The notes under the pieces are model-generated. The model was not told the origin of the DNA. It ran no database searches and saw only the letters and a list, made by a program, of their open reading frames with translations. A stretch of DNA of 53,638 nt, taken from contig CAYHCU010000001.1 in assembly GCA_964355035.1 (NCBI GenBank), forward strand, positions 1-53,638. The letters are read 5' to 3'. Shown one piece after another: positions 33,335-43,574 of this stretch. The DNA comes from an uncultured Flavobacteriales bacterium (GTDB taxonomy: Bacteria; Bacteroidota; Bacteroidia; AKYH767-A; 2013-40CM-41-45). The stretch's first letter is position 1. Each line of letters opens with the position of its first letter. Both the position numbers and the translations under genes were made by a program.

Positions 33335-35233
33335 CTTCACCAACCGAGTCACTGCTGATTTCTCTCCTGAAATAAATTGCAATAAATAAATTCCGGATGA
33401 AAGCGATTTTAAATCGACTACTTTACTTCCGTTCATCATTTCGGTGATTACCACTTTTCCTAAAGCATCAATAACGTTTACGGTAACCGCTCCTGTTGAA
33501 AATTTATTGACATCTATGGTAATGAATTCTGAAGACGGATTAGGAAAGAAATGAATGCCTTGACTTTCTAAATCATTTACACCATTTACATTTACAAATA
33601 TAGACGATGATGTGCCTACGCATCCATTAAGATCTGTTACAGCTACTGAATAATCTCCATCCACTAAGGCTGTATAAGATTGAGCATTTGCTCCACCAAT
33701 TAAAACACCATTTAAGTACCACTGAAATGCTGCATATCCTTGCGTGCTTACTACATTTCCTACTGCACTAATCGCCGGAAATGGATTTGATAATTCTGTC
33801 AAGGACAACGTTGTTGTACTATCAAGACCATTGCTTGCTGTGGCTGGAAAATCATATGTTCCTGCTGTATAGCTATTCCCAAAATAAGTATAAACGGTTC
33901 CATTGCAATATTCACCATTTATTGTATTCGTGTACGGCTGAATAAAAGAATACTCAGCATCAAAATAAGCAACTTGATTTCCTCCTTCTAAACGACTCCA
34001 TGCAAATGCTGCTTGATTGACAACCGGATTAATTACCACTTTAGGCTGGGGATTTGTGAGCCCTGAATAATTATCTACATAGGTATAAAACAAATAATTC
34101 CAAGAAAATGGACTAGCCAAATTGAAATTATTATAACAATATGGCAAAATAGAATTCGTGCTGTCAAGGTAGGTTACCAAAAAATTGTTGTTTGCCGGAT
34201 CATAAGAAATATCAGGTTGAATATCATTCGTACTGTTGTCAATTATAGCCAAATAATTCCAATAATCTGAATAATGTGCGACCATATTATAGTACCCCAA
34301 AATGTCATAGTCAGTTCCATCACCTAAATAATCCCGCTCTAATAAAATTACTGCAGTCAGTCCTGAACTATCATTGTCTATTACATTTGACTGAACAGAA
34401 ATTTTAGGGTTTCTGCAAATATTATTGCTTGTAGCAAGACTAAACGAATCTACTCTTACCGGAGTTGTAAAATAATTATTTACTATCGCTTGATTGTGAC
34501 AAGAGTAAATATGCCCATTTCTATCCTCAGGGAAAGCTAGTTGTTCGTAAGCAATAAAGTAACGTCCATTTGATGCTGAGGCACTTTTTCCATAAGCTAT
34601 TGACAAATTTCTATAGTACGAGGAAGTGTTAGCTACCGGTAATTGACTAAAACTTGTTCCTCCATCAATAGAAATGTAATAACCAATGGAATCTTGCAAT
34701 GGACTAGTTTGAGAATAAGCTAACGCAATTGAATATGGCGAAGAAGCAAGGGAAGGATTACGATAATCTGTCGCCATTACAACATTATATGTTTGATTAG
34801 GAGAAACGCCTGTGTTTAATGGTGAATCAATATAAGAATAGCTATTAGCGTCATATCTATCAATAAAAATTAAATAGGTAGAATTTATTAAATCATGACG
34901 TACACCTACTAAAAACAAAGTAAGGTTAGCGGCGTCAGTTCCTGCAACAACAAGGTCCAGGGAACTATATTCTACACCTGAAAATGAATAGGAATCTACA
35001 GTCTCCCAAAATTCACCATTTGATTTCGAACAACGAATGGTTATGCCTCCTTCGCCTAAGCCTGCATCGTAAGTAGCAAAAGTTTCATAGACCCAGCCAT
35101 TGAAAGCTACGTCTAATTGCACTTTAGACTGATCAACTGTTGGATCGGGTTTTGGTTTAGTATCAGAGCCATTACCCATAACACTAAAAGTAGAAATCAA
35201 TGCAATAAAAAATAAGTAGATGTTCCTTTTCAT
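33329..35233 (-). CDS. T9SS cargo with possible BNR/Asp-box beta-propeller region
   Basis: ATG at 35233 gives MKRNIYLFFIALISTFSVMG (signal peptide). Asp-box-like SKSNGEFWE and SIDGGTSFS. An Ig-like unit (FQWYLNGVLIGGANAQSYTALVDGDYSVAVTDLNGC). C-terminal IHFFPNPSSEFITIDV...GIYLLQF. Confidence 0.6.
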   Translation of the reverse strand: MKRNIYLFFIALISTFSVMGNGSDTKPKPDPTVDQSKVQLDVAFNGWVYETFATYDAGLGEGGITIRCSKSNGEFWETVDSYSFSGVEYSSLDLVVAGTDAANLTLFLVGVRHDLINSTYLIFIDRYDANSYSYIDSPLNTGVSPNQTYNVVMATDYRNPSLASSPYSIALAYSQTSPLQDSIGYYISIDGGTSFSQLPVANTSSYYRNLSIAYGKSASASNGRYFIAYEQLAFPEDRNGHIYSCHNQAIVNNYFTTPVRVDSFSLATSNNICRNPKISVQSNVIDNDSSGLTAVILLERDYLGDGTDYDILGYYNMVAHYSDYWNYLAIIDNSTNDIQPDISYDPANNNFLVTYLDSTNSILPYCYNNFNLASPFSWNYLFYTYVDNYSGLTNPQPKVVINPVVNQAAFAWSRLEGGNQVAYFDAEYSFIQPYTNTINGEYCNGTVYTYFGNSYTAGTYDFPATASNGLDSTTTLSLTELSNPFPAISAVGNVVSTQGYAAFQWYLNGVLIGGANAQSYTALVDGDYSVAVTDLNGCVGTSSSIFVNVNGVNDLESQGIHFFPNPSSEFITIDVNKFSTGAVTVNVIDALGKVVITEMMNGSKVVDLKSLSSGIYLLQFISGEKSAVTRLVKN

Positions 35234-35404
35234 GATCTTTTTTTTTGTAAAAGTAGATAATTGTAAATAGGAAAATAATCTCTTTGAAATAAATTGCAAC
35301 TTAAAAATGTTAATATCTGTCGAAAAAATAAATCAAGTCAAAAAAATCACATGACATCAGTCATGCTAAAAACAAAAGGCCCTATTTGCCTTAAGAAAAC
35401 ATCA

Positions 35405-36313
35405 TCACGCCACTAAACAACGCTTATTTTCAAAATGTAACTGATGAACAATTCCGTCTGATAAACCAATTTGGGGAACAATAATTTCTTCCGCATTTGC
35501 AGCCTTCATCATACTAAGATATATTTTTGCCGCAGGAACAATTACATCTGCACGATCCGGACTTAATCCCCAAATCTCCATTCGGTCATCAATCGAATGA
35601 ATCTTTAATTCTCCGTAAAGCTCTTTCAATTTTTCAAAAGGCAAAGACTTGCTTTTTCGGCCAATCATTTTAAATATTTTATTGATATTCCCACCTGAAC
35701 CAATTGCTGTCATTGGCTGATGGTTAACTGTATTCACTCTCGTCCATTCTTTCATTTCTTCCCACAGCTCTTTACTAACTTTTCCTCCTAACCAACGTAA
35801 TGTTCCAACATCAAATGAATTTGAGGCCACTACTTCTCCTTTATCAAATACTGTTAATTCAGTACTTCCGCCACCAACATCAATATATAAATACGAATGG
35901 TCATTATTCAAAAACTCTTCAACATGATTTGAATAAATTAATTCAGCCTCATCTTTGCCTGAAATGATTTCAATTTGCAAGCCACATTGCTTTTTTACTT
36001 TGTCAACTAGTTCTTGTCCATTGATTGCTTCTCGCATTGATGCAGTTGCACAAGCTCGAAATGCTACAGGCTCGAAAACATCAATCAAAAGTTTAAACGC
36101 TTTCATTGTCTTTACAAAACGTTCTGCTTTCTCTTCATATATTCGCCCGGCTTTAAAAACATCTTCTCCCAATCTTAGTGGAATTCTTATCAACTCGGAC
36201 TTTTTAAAATGCACTACACCATGCTCCTCTATTGCATTACACAATAGCAGCCGAACGGCATTTGAGCCAATATCAATAGCAGCGTATTTCAATATTTTGT
36301 TTCTGGTTGTCAT
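35405..36313 (-). CDS. ppx: Exopolyphosphatase (Ppx/GppA family)
   Basis: ATG at 36313 gives MTTRNKILKYAAIDIGSNAVRLLL... with DVGGGSTEL and GSGGN motifs of the ASKHA-fold Ppx/GppA family. The track start at 36331 is GTG. Confidence 0.85.
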   Translation of the reverse strand: MTTRNKILKYAAIDIGSNAVRLLLCNAIEEHGVVHFKKSELIRIPLRLGEDVFKAGRIYEEKAERFVKTMKAFKLLIDVFEPVAFRACATASMREAINGQELVDKVKKQCGLQIEIISGKDEAELIYSNHVEEFLNNDHSYLYIDVGGGSTELTVFDKGEVVASNSFDVGTLRWLGGKVSKELWEEMKEWTRVNTVNHQPMTAIGSGGNINKIFKMIGRKSKSLPFEKLKELYGELKIHSIDDRMEIWGLSPDRADVIVPAAKIYLSMMKAANAEEIIVPQIGLSDGIVHQLHFENKRCLVA

Positions 36314-36330
36314 TTTCAAAAATACAATCA

Positions 36331-38463
36331 CTAAACAGAACTCCGTCTGCCGGTTTTTGGTTGTTTTAAAGTTGTCTTGTTAATAACCTTCGGACTTCCA
36401 AGCTTTGACGGCATTGTTTGAATCATTTTGTAAATTTCATCTTGTGCCTTAACAGATCGTCCTTTCTTCGCTACATACTCATTTGAACTGTCCTTTGAAT
36501 GAATTCTCGCCTTTGTATTGTCTCGAAATTGAATCATTACATATTCTAAAAGCTGAGCCTGCAATTGTGGATCATATATTGGAACAGAAACCTCTGAACG
36601 AAAATCCAAATTTCTGTTCATCCAATCACCGGAAGAAATAAAATATTTTTCATTGCCACCATGACAAAAAATAAATATTCTGCTATGTTCTAAAAATTTA
36701 TCGACAATACTGATTGCTTCAATATTTTCGCTCAACTCTTTTATTCCGGGAATTAATGAACAAATGCCTCGAATGATCAATCGAATTTTTACACCTGCTG
36801 AACTTGCTTCATACAATTTTGCAATCATGTCTTCATCCACCAGACTGTTCATTTTTAAAATAATCCATGCCTCTTTCCCTGCTTTAACATTCTCAATTTC
36901 TTTATTGATAAGGGTAACGAATCGCTTTCTGGTATTAAATGGTGAAACGATCAAATGCTTGAAATGGCCGGTCTTATAATTATTCTGATAAAATAAAAAC
37001 AGCTTTTCAATTTCACGCGTGATTGATTTATCCGAAGTCAGCAATGAATGATCACAATAAATTTTTGCTGTTTTTTCATTGAAGTTTCCTGTTCCGATAT
37101 GAGCATAATGAACAGTCTTATTTTCTTCTCTTCTGGTAATTAAAAATAGCTTTGAATGAACTTTCAATCCGGGCACACCAAAAATTACTTGTGCACCTGC
37201 CTCTTGTAATTTATCGGCATAATATATGTTCGTCTCTTCATCAAATCTTGCTTGTAGCTCTAAAACAGCCGTTACCTGTTTACCGTTTCTTACGGCATTG
37301 ATCAAAGCATTAATGATACTACTATTCACAGAAGCTCTATATAAAGTAATTTTAATTGAACTTACCTTTGGATCAATCGATGCTTCTCTGAGTAAATCTA
37401 TAATATGCAGAAATGATTGATACGGAAAAGCAAGTAGAATATCTTGTTTACGAATTACGGTAAACAAACTTTTTTGTCCGACAAAAGCAGGATGATCTAG
37501 CGGCGGAGGAATTTTATACCACAATTCTTTTCTTCCGATTTTTGGAAAATTTATAAAGTCTTTGAAGTTGTGATATTTCCCGCCGGGAATCAAATACTCT
37601 CGATCTTTCAACTTAATTTTCTTGACAATAAAATCAAGCAACTCTTTTGGTATGCGTTCATCGTAAACCAATCTTACCGGCTCACCCCGTTTCCTTTGCT
37701 TCACACTTTTTAAAACTTTCTCCACCCAACTTTTTGAAACATCTGTGTCGATGTCCAACTCTGCATCTCGGGTCATTTTAATAATATATCCTTCGATGGT
37801 TTCATAATCAAAAATTGAATAAATATCGTTCAAACAAAATCGTACAATATCCTCCAATAAAATTATACTCTTCTTTTCGGTTGTGGACGGCAAAACAATA
37901 ATTCGCGGCAATACATCTGTCGGTATCTCTATCAGTGAAAATAAATTTTTCTTTCCTGACTTCTGACTGGATTTAATCCTTACAGCTAAATAAATCATCC
38001 GATCTTTCAAATATGGAAAGTGCGGAGCCGAATCGATCATGATGGGAACTAAATTCGGATAAACATTCAAATGAAAATATTCCCTAACAAATAGCTCCTG
38101 AATAGGATTTAATTGCTTGTCACTGATAAAATAAATGTTTTCCTTTTCAAGTTGCCGAAGAATTTCATGAAAAAGCAAATCAAATTTTTTCTGTTGCTGA
38201 ATAACGATATGTTGAACTTTCTCAATTAACGCATTTGGATCAGTACCGATAATTTCCTTACCGTGTTTCCCGAATTTCATCATTCGGCGAATAGTCGCTA
38301 CACGAACTTTAAAAAATTCATCGCGATTATTGCTAAAAATGCCAAGAAAACGCAATCGTTCCAATAATGGAACCGTTTCATCTTCTGCCTCCTGTAACAC
38401 ACGCGCATTAAACGACAACCAACTCAGATCGCGGTTGATCAAAGTACTGTCTTTCTTTTTCAT
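36331..38463 (-). CDS. ppk1: Polyphosphate kinase 1
   Basis: 710 aa. INRDLSWLSFNARVLQEA, FLGIFSNNRDEFF.VRV and two PLD-like HSK/H.. motifs (LKVHSKLFLI..., EHSRIFIF). Full-length PPK1 layout. Confidence 0.95.
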   Translation of the reverse strand: MKKKDSTLINRDLSWLSFNARVLQEAEDETVPLLERLRFLGIFSNNRDEFFKVRVATIRRMMKFGKHGKEIIGTDPNALIEKVQHIVIQQQKKFDLLFHEILRQLEKENIYFISDKQLNPIQELFVREYFHLNVYPNLVPIMIDSAPHFPYLKDRMIYLAVRIKSSQKSGKKNLFSLIEIPTDVLPRIIVLPSTTEKKSIILLEDIVRFCLNDIYSIFDYETIEGYIIKMTRDAELDIDTDVSKSWVEKVLKSVKQRKRGEPVRLVYDERIPKELLDFIVKKIKLKDREYLIPGGKYHNFKDFINFPKIGRKELWYKIPPPLDHPAFVGQKSLFTVIRKQDILLAFPYQSFLHIIDLLREASIDPKVSSIKITLYRASVNSSIINALINAVRNGKQVTAVLELQARFDEETNIYYADKLQEAGAQVIFGVPGLKVHSKLFLITRREENKTVHYAHIGTGNFNEKTAKIYCDHSLLTSDKSITREIEKLFLFYQNNYKTGHFKHLIVSPFNTRKRFVTLINKEIENVKAGKEAWIILKMNSLVDEDMIAKLYEASSAGVKIRLIIRGICSLIPGIKELSENIEAISIVDKFLEHSRIFIFCHGGNEKYFISSGDWMNRNLDFRSEVSVPIYDPQLQAQLLEYVMIQFRDNTKARIHSKDSSNEYVAKKGRSVKAQDEIYKMIQTMPSKLGSPKVINKTTLKQPKTGRRSSV

Positions 38464-38476
38464 AAAATAAACAGAA

Positions 38477-38722
38477 CTATCTTCTCTTCTTAGCTACTAC
38501 AGCCTTTTTCTTTTTCTTCACAACACTAACCTCTTTTTGCACGCGCTTTTTCTCTTTTTCAATTGCTTTCAATGTCTTAGAAAACTTGCGTACTATAAGC
38601 TTTGCTGTTTCACTAATCGTTTTTCCCGTCTTTTCAATAACAATTTTCTGTTCGCCGGGTAATGCGCTCACAATCGCTGAAACGATTTTTTTTTCGAGCT
38701 CTTTGCGTAAGTCCTTTTTCAT
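38477..38722 (-). CDS. Small lysine-rich hypothetical protein (81 aa)
   Basis: MKKDLRKELEKKIVSAIVSALPGEQ...KEKKRVQKEVSVVKKKKKAVVAKKRR. Sits 13 nt upstream of ppk1 on the same strand. Confidence 0.45.
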   Translation of the reverse strand: MKKDLRKELEKKIVSAIVSALPGEQKIVIEKTGKTISETAKLIVRKFSKTLKAIEKEKKRVQKEVSVVKKKKKAVVAKKRR

Positions 38723-38814
38723 GTTAAATTTTTATGAATGAGTAATATTTCCCTATTTTTTTGATATAGGCAACTTTAATATATAAACTTAATGTTAATT
38801 TAACATAGCGAGTC

Positions 38815-39309
38815 CTAAATTGGAAGGTGTTTAGGAGATAATATCTGTAACAAAACTACATTTTCATGAGATAGCATTGACCATTTATCGACTGAAATCT
38901 GAAGTTGTACCACGGCGCAAGTCGGCATTTCAATTGTTTTTACTGTTAAAAAACTACTCAAATCACTTACAATTGGGTTATGACCATAGATTGCCACAGA
39001 TTGGATATCGTCATTTAATGATTTGAGAATTTTCAGATAGTCCAATTTAGAGGTGTCATAAAATAAAGGCTCAATGAGTAGTTTTTGTTTTGGGAACTCC
39101 AATTCTTCTGCAATAATCAACGCTGTACTGAGTGCACGAATCGCCGGACTGCTGATCATTGCTTGAGGAATATGACCTTTCGATTTCAACACTTTCCCTA
39201 TTTTATGTGCATCAGTATACCCGCGCTCATTTAATGGGCGATCAATATCTGCCATTCCCTCAATTGACCAGTCCGATTTGGCATGTCGGACAATATAAAT
39301 CATTTTCAT
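38815..39309 (-). CDS. sixA: Histidine phosphatase superfamily protein, SixA-like
   Basis: ATG at 39309 gives MKMIYIVRHAKSDW...DRPLNERG... (RHG-type catalytic motif) and IYGHNP near the C-terminus. Short SixA-like length. Confidence 0.7.
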   Translation of the reverse strand: MKMIYIVRHAKSDWSIEGMADIDRPLNERGYTDAHKIGKVLKSKGHIPQAMISSPAIRALSTALIIAEELEFPKQKLLIEPLFYDTSKLDYLKILKSLNDDIQSVAIYGHNPIVSDLSSFLTVKTIEMPTCAVVQLQISVDKWSMLSHENVVLLQILSPKHLPI

Positions 39310-39387
39310 AGTGCAAAGATAACCTAATACAATTGACATTTAGTGCTTAAAGAACTTGAAGCCGTTCATTAAACTCTAAAATCTTTT

Positions 39388-41967
39388 TCAATTCTTTATC
39401 AAAATACGCTGAATCTTTCCTTTATCTGTAATAACGCTAACAATATAAATTCCCGGATTTAATTTTTCGAGATTCAATTTAGCTTCAACTGATGGTTGCT
39501 GAGATTGAGAAACCACCAATTTACCAAGCATATCATGTACGCTGAGCTGATGTATTTTTCCTTTTCTCACCACCACATTTAACTCTGCTGTTGTAGGATT
39601 TGGATAAACGGACAAATCCTCAGAAAGCAGAATATTGTTATCGATTCCGGCAACAATTGAAACTGTACTAGAAACTGTATTCGTTACCAACGGTGCATTG
39701 AAATCAAAATAAATGTAAGCTGTATTAGTAATAACTGTTCCAACTCCGGAACCGATTCTTCTATTCATTCGATAATTCACAAATCCCCGACTCAAAGTAG
39801 AATTACTTGCGCTGTCCGGCAAATTGATGCTGTTGAAATTAAAACGTAACACTCGTCCGGGAAGCAATTGCGTAACTACTGCATGACTTGATGAAATGAA
39901 TTCAAAAGTAGAAATATCCAAATCATCATCAAGTGTATCGAGTATATACAGATTCTCCGCGGGAACACTGCCTGTGTTTTGAAAATTGATGGCGAAAGTG
40001 AAAGAGTAATCCGAAGTATCAGCGTACTCAGGACTTACCCATTTTTCATTTGGCCCAAAAGATGAGAGTACATAATAACAATTTGAAATACTATTATTGG
40101 ATGAATCCAACTCACCAACAATAGGAATACTCAAGGTGAGACAAACTGTATCATTCTGTACTGCTGCAGGATCTGTTTGCAAAATAATATTGAAATCGGA
40201 ATTTAAATTCACTGCCGGGAAATCCCCGATAATCCAATGAATCGTATCCCCTGAAATATAAGTTGGCGTCAAAGCGCCTGGTGCAGGACTAACATAAGAA
40301 ACATTTCCGGAAGTGATTACATACACGTCACCTGAAACATTAAAACATTCTCCACCAAATCGCATAAAATTATCGCCTGCAGAGAAATCTACTCTCGTAT
40401 TACCACCCGGAATAAATTCACCCGGATGTATTGAATTTGCAATCAAATCAAAATCCGAAGAGCAGCTCAGACCAAAATCCATGATGTCAAAAATAGAATC
40501 CGATAATGTTAAATCTGTTGTATAAACTCCGCCAACAAGACAAGTCATACGAAATGGAATCAAATTCGTATCCACATTAACAGTGTATAATCCTAATGGT
40601 GCTCTGAAAAAATATTCACCGTTACTATTTGTATAACTAATTTGCACAGTGATTCCGGCAGAATTTAAATGAACAGGAATGTTTCGCAAACCATTTTCTC
40701 CACTATCAAATATGCAATTCTGATTGATATCAAAATAAGCTCGACCTGATATACTCCAATCAATCGGACATCCTGATGATGGTTCACACAATGGCAAGTC
40801 TGCAAGAAGTACATCTGAACTGTCATTGATAAATCGATTTGCCAAACAATGAATGCCTGTAAGCTGAATTTCTAAACTACCGATTGTATCAAATGCCGGT
40901 AAACAATTAATCGGATTAAAAGCTAACGACAAAACATCTAAACTAGATGGCATTGCGTTTAGAGTTTGAATGTTATTACCGGAGGCCAACAAAAATCGTA
41001 ATGTATTCGGACAATCCGGAATACTTGCTAATTGATTAAACATACAATTCAATGTTACCAGTTGCTTTGGTAACGAATCAATTATTGTAACAAAATTATC
41101 GTTAAAACTTAAGTACGTTAAACTATCAGGCAGAGGTGACAATGATGCTAGCTGGTTCATCCCAACCTTTAACGTTTTTAACGTGCTTGGTACTTGAGTT
41201 AATGATGTTAGCTGATTTTGCTCAAGCTCTATACTGTTCAAATTAGAACCAAAGGAAGCTATTCCCCCGATTAAATTAGTATTTGCATTTAAGTAAACCA
41301 AAGATGAAGGCATAAGCGGCAATGTGACCAAATTATTCGAAAAGCAAGACAAATAAGATAAGTTTGCAGGAAGCAACGGAAGTACACTTAAACTATTATC
41401 GCCTAATTTCAAATTTACCAAAGAAGACGGCAAAGTTCCCAGTGAATCAATTTGATTATGTTCAAATTCAGCATTTACAATTCCTGATGGAAGAACTACT
41501 GTGCCCAATACTAAATTGCTATTCAACTTTAACGTAGTCAGCGTACTTGGTAAGGTAGGAACAGACACTATCAAGTTAGAATTACAATTCAATGTCTCAA
41601 GACTATCCGGAAGATTTGTTATTGTGTCAATTTGATTTAATCCTGCATAGAGATTTCGCAAACTTGTCGGTAACACAGGAATTGAAGTTAAATTATTATT
41701 AGAACAATCTAACGATATAAGATTTGTAAAATATTCAAGACCTTCAATTTGATTGATTGACCATCCATTGCAACTAATTGAAGCTACTATCGGCAATACA
41801 GGACAAGTTATATCCAAAGAATCTCCGATTAAACAAAGGTCTAACCCTTCATTGATCAAATAATTTCTCCAATTTGCATCTGAGAGATAAACGTTTTGAG
41901 ATATCGATCTTTGAGTTCCAGATAATATGCACAAGAATGTTAGTGCAAATAATATTTTCTTTTTCAT
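39388..41967 (-). CDS. T9SS cargo: leucine-rich repeat protein + SdrD-B-like/CARDB-like domains + CTD
   Basis: ATG at 41967 gives MKKKILFALTFLCILSG. About 15 units of L..L.c..N.L.s.P.LP.sL. GRAYFDINQNCIFDSGENGLRNIPVHL (SdrD B-like). C-terminal LSVYPNPTTAELNVVV...GIYIVSV. Confidence 0.8.
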   Translation of the reverse strand: MKKKILFALTFLCILSGTQRSISQNVYLSDANWRNYLINEGLDLCLIGDSLDITCPVLPIVASISCNGWSINQIEGLEYFTNLISLDCSNNNLTSIPVLPTSLRNLYAGLNQIDTITNLPDSLETLNCNSNLIVSVPTLPSTLTTLKLNSNLVLGTVVLPSGIVNAEFEHNQIDSLGTLPSSLVNLKLGDNSLSVLPLLPANLSYLSCFSNNLVTLPLMPSSLVYLNANTNLIGGIASFGSNLNSIELEQNQLTSLTQVPSTLKTLKVGMNQLASLSPLPDSLTYLSFNDNFVTIIDSLPKQLVTLNCMFNQLASIPDCPNTLRFLLASGNNIQTLNAMPSSLDVLSLAFNPINCLPAFDTIGSLEIQLTGIHCLANRFINDSSDVLLADLPLCEPSSGCPIDWSISGRAYFDINQNCIFDSGENGLRNIPVHLNSAGITVQISYTNSNGEYFFRAPLGLYTVNVDTNLIPFRMTCLVGGVYTTDLTLSDSIFDIMDFGLSCSSDFDLIANSIHPGEFIPGGNTRVDFSAGDNFMRFGGECFNVSGDVYVITSGNVSYVSPAPGALTPTYISGDTIHWIIGDFPAVNLNSDFNIILQTDPAAVQNDTVCLTLSIPIVGELDSSNNSISNCYYVLSSFGPNEKWVSPEYADTSDYSFTFAINFQNTGSVPAENLYILDTLDDDLDISTFEFISSSHAVVTQLLPGRVLRFNFNSINLPDSASNSTLSRGFVNYRMNRRIGSGVGTVITNTAYIYFDFNAPLVTNTVSSTVSIVAGIDNNILLSEDLSVYPNPTTAELNVVVRKGKIHQLSVHDMLGKLVVSQSQQPSVEAKLNLEKLNPGIYIVSVITDKGKIQRILIKN

Positions 41968-42187
41968 AGTGATGGGTATAGCATTAAGTAATAATTCCGA
42001 ACCTAAAATATAAAAATATTTCAATTTCCAAGAAATCAAAAATCAGCAGATGAAACATTTTAAATCAATAGCGGCATTCTGTTGATTCATGCTTTTCTTT
42101 CGTTTTGGAGGCAAAACCTGTATTAATGCACAGGAAAGTCAATTTTTTTGCACATAATTGCCTACTTTCGCACCTCAATTTCAAACA

Positions 42188-42823
42188 ATGCACGAAATAA
42201 TTTCATTAACCATTGGTTATCTGGCATCCATTTTATTAGCCTGCTCGTTATTGGCCAAAAACGACATCCGCTTTCGCTGGCTGAGTGGCTCCGGAAACAT
42301 CATATTCATTATATATGGCTTCACAATTCACGCTTTCCCTGTTTTGATAACGAATAGCATCTTATTATGCATTAACACTTATTCCTTAATAAAACTTTAC
42401 CGCAAAGATGAGCATTTTGAATTACTGGAATTTGAATTAAAAGATATGATCATCCGAAAATTTCTTAAATTCTACAAAAAAGACATTGCACATTATTTTC
42501 CGAAATACACCATCGATGAAAATAAAAATGAAATTCATTTTGTTGTTTTGCGTGATCTTGTAATTGCAAATATTTTTATTGCACACCTCTCCGAAAATGG
42601 AACTGCTTATGTAAATATAAATTATACTGTCCCAAGATTTCGCGACTTTAAAGTTGGTAGATTTATCTTCGATACAGAAAAACAATACTTAATCCGTAAG
42701 GGAATTAAACAAATCGCCTATAGAGAAGTACTAAACAAAGACCATGAATATTTTTTGAAAGTTATGGGATTTGAAAAAGCAATGTTGCCGGAAGGGGAAT
42801 GTTATTTGAAGAAACTTGACTAA
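42188..42823 (+). CDS. Hypothetical protein: N-terminal 3-TM segment + C-terminal soluble domain (possibly GNAT-like)
   Basis: The track start at 42158 is TTG. ATG at 42188 gives MHEIISLTIGYLASILLACSLL... A TACTTTCG near-consensus -7 box lies at 42162-42169. The functional call is weak. Confidence 0.4.
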   Translation: MHEIISLTIGYLASILLACSLLAKNDIRFRWLSGSGNIIFIIYGFTIHAFPVLITNSILLCINTYSLIKLYRKDEHFELLEFELKDMIIRKFLKFYKKDIAHYFPKYTIDENKNEIHFVVLRDLVIANIFIAHLSENGTAYVNINYTVPRFRDFKVGRFIFDTEKQYLIRKGIKQIAYREVLNKDHEYFLKVMGFEKAMLPEGECYLKKLD

Positions 42824-42988
42824 TATTAACCGACATTTGAAAAAACTCGTCGCTCTTTAATAACAGTGGTTTAAAAAATGTGACAGTAATTCAAAAGAGG
42901 CCTTATACCCTATTTACAATACTGTAGAGAAACCTTGTTATGGAAATTCTTTTTGAAAACGGTTTTAATAAAATTGCTACCTTTAATC

Positions 42989-43381
42989 ATGAATAAAATC
43001 TCTGTAGTTCTAACACTACTTATTCTATGCATAGCAAATCATGCTTCCTGCCAAACCAATGAAATCCCTTTCCTCAACTGCCAGGTACATATTGACCAGG
43101 ACACAAATACCACATTCAGAAAGCAAGAACTATTAAATGCCAAAGGTCTCACAGTTGATTCCTCAGATATATCAATAACTTCTTTTAGATTCGCTATTAT
43201 TTGTAAAGGCAAAAAAGAAAAAAATGTTTCCAATTCGAAAAATGGCGACTTTACTCATGAAATGAAACAATTAATCTTAAACAACTGTATTGAAGGAAGA
43301 ATCTTTTTAGAATATATTAAGTGTATTGATAAAAATAATAAGCAATTTAATTTATCTCCGAAACAATTAAAATTCAAGTAA
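42989..43381 (+). CDS. Hypothetical secreted protein
   Basis: ATG at 42989 gives MNKISVVLTLLILCIANHASCQ (signal peptide). No family recognised. Confidence 0.45.
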   Translation: MNKISVVLTLLILCIANHASCQTNEIPFLNCQVHIDQDTNTTFRKQELLNAKGLTVDSSDISITSFRFAIICKGKKEKNVSNSKNGDFTHEMKQLILNNCIEGRIFLEYIKCIDKNNKQFNLSPKQLKFK

Positions 43382-43574
43382 TCATCTTCAAAAATTAGCA
43401 GGTGATTTCCTTTTGGGAAAAAAATTTTTGAAAAAAATGGCTGGAAATCACTCTTAGATGCGCCTTTTAATTGAAATTTTAGAAGTTACTTGTATAAATG
43501 AAATCTATTTACTACTTTGTCATTAGGAAGATTAGCAGGGAACATTTACACACACACAATCAGCAAAATATTAT

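Noticed and set aside
35955-36383. 142-aa ORF antisense to ppx
   Set aside because: It is entirely overlapped by ppx and the end of ppk1, both of which have clear family signatures. It has no motif of its own.
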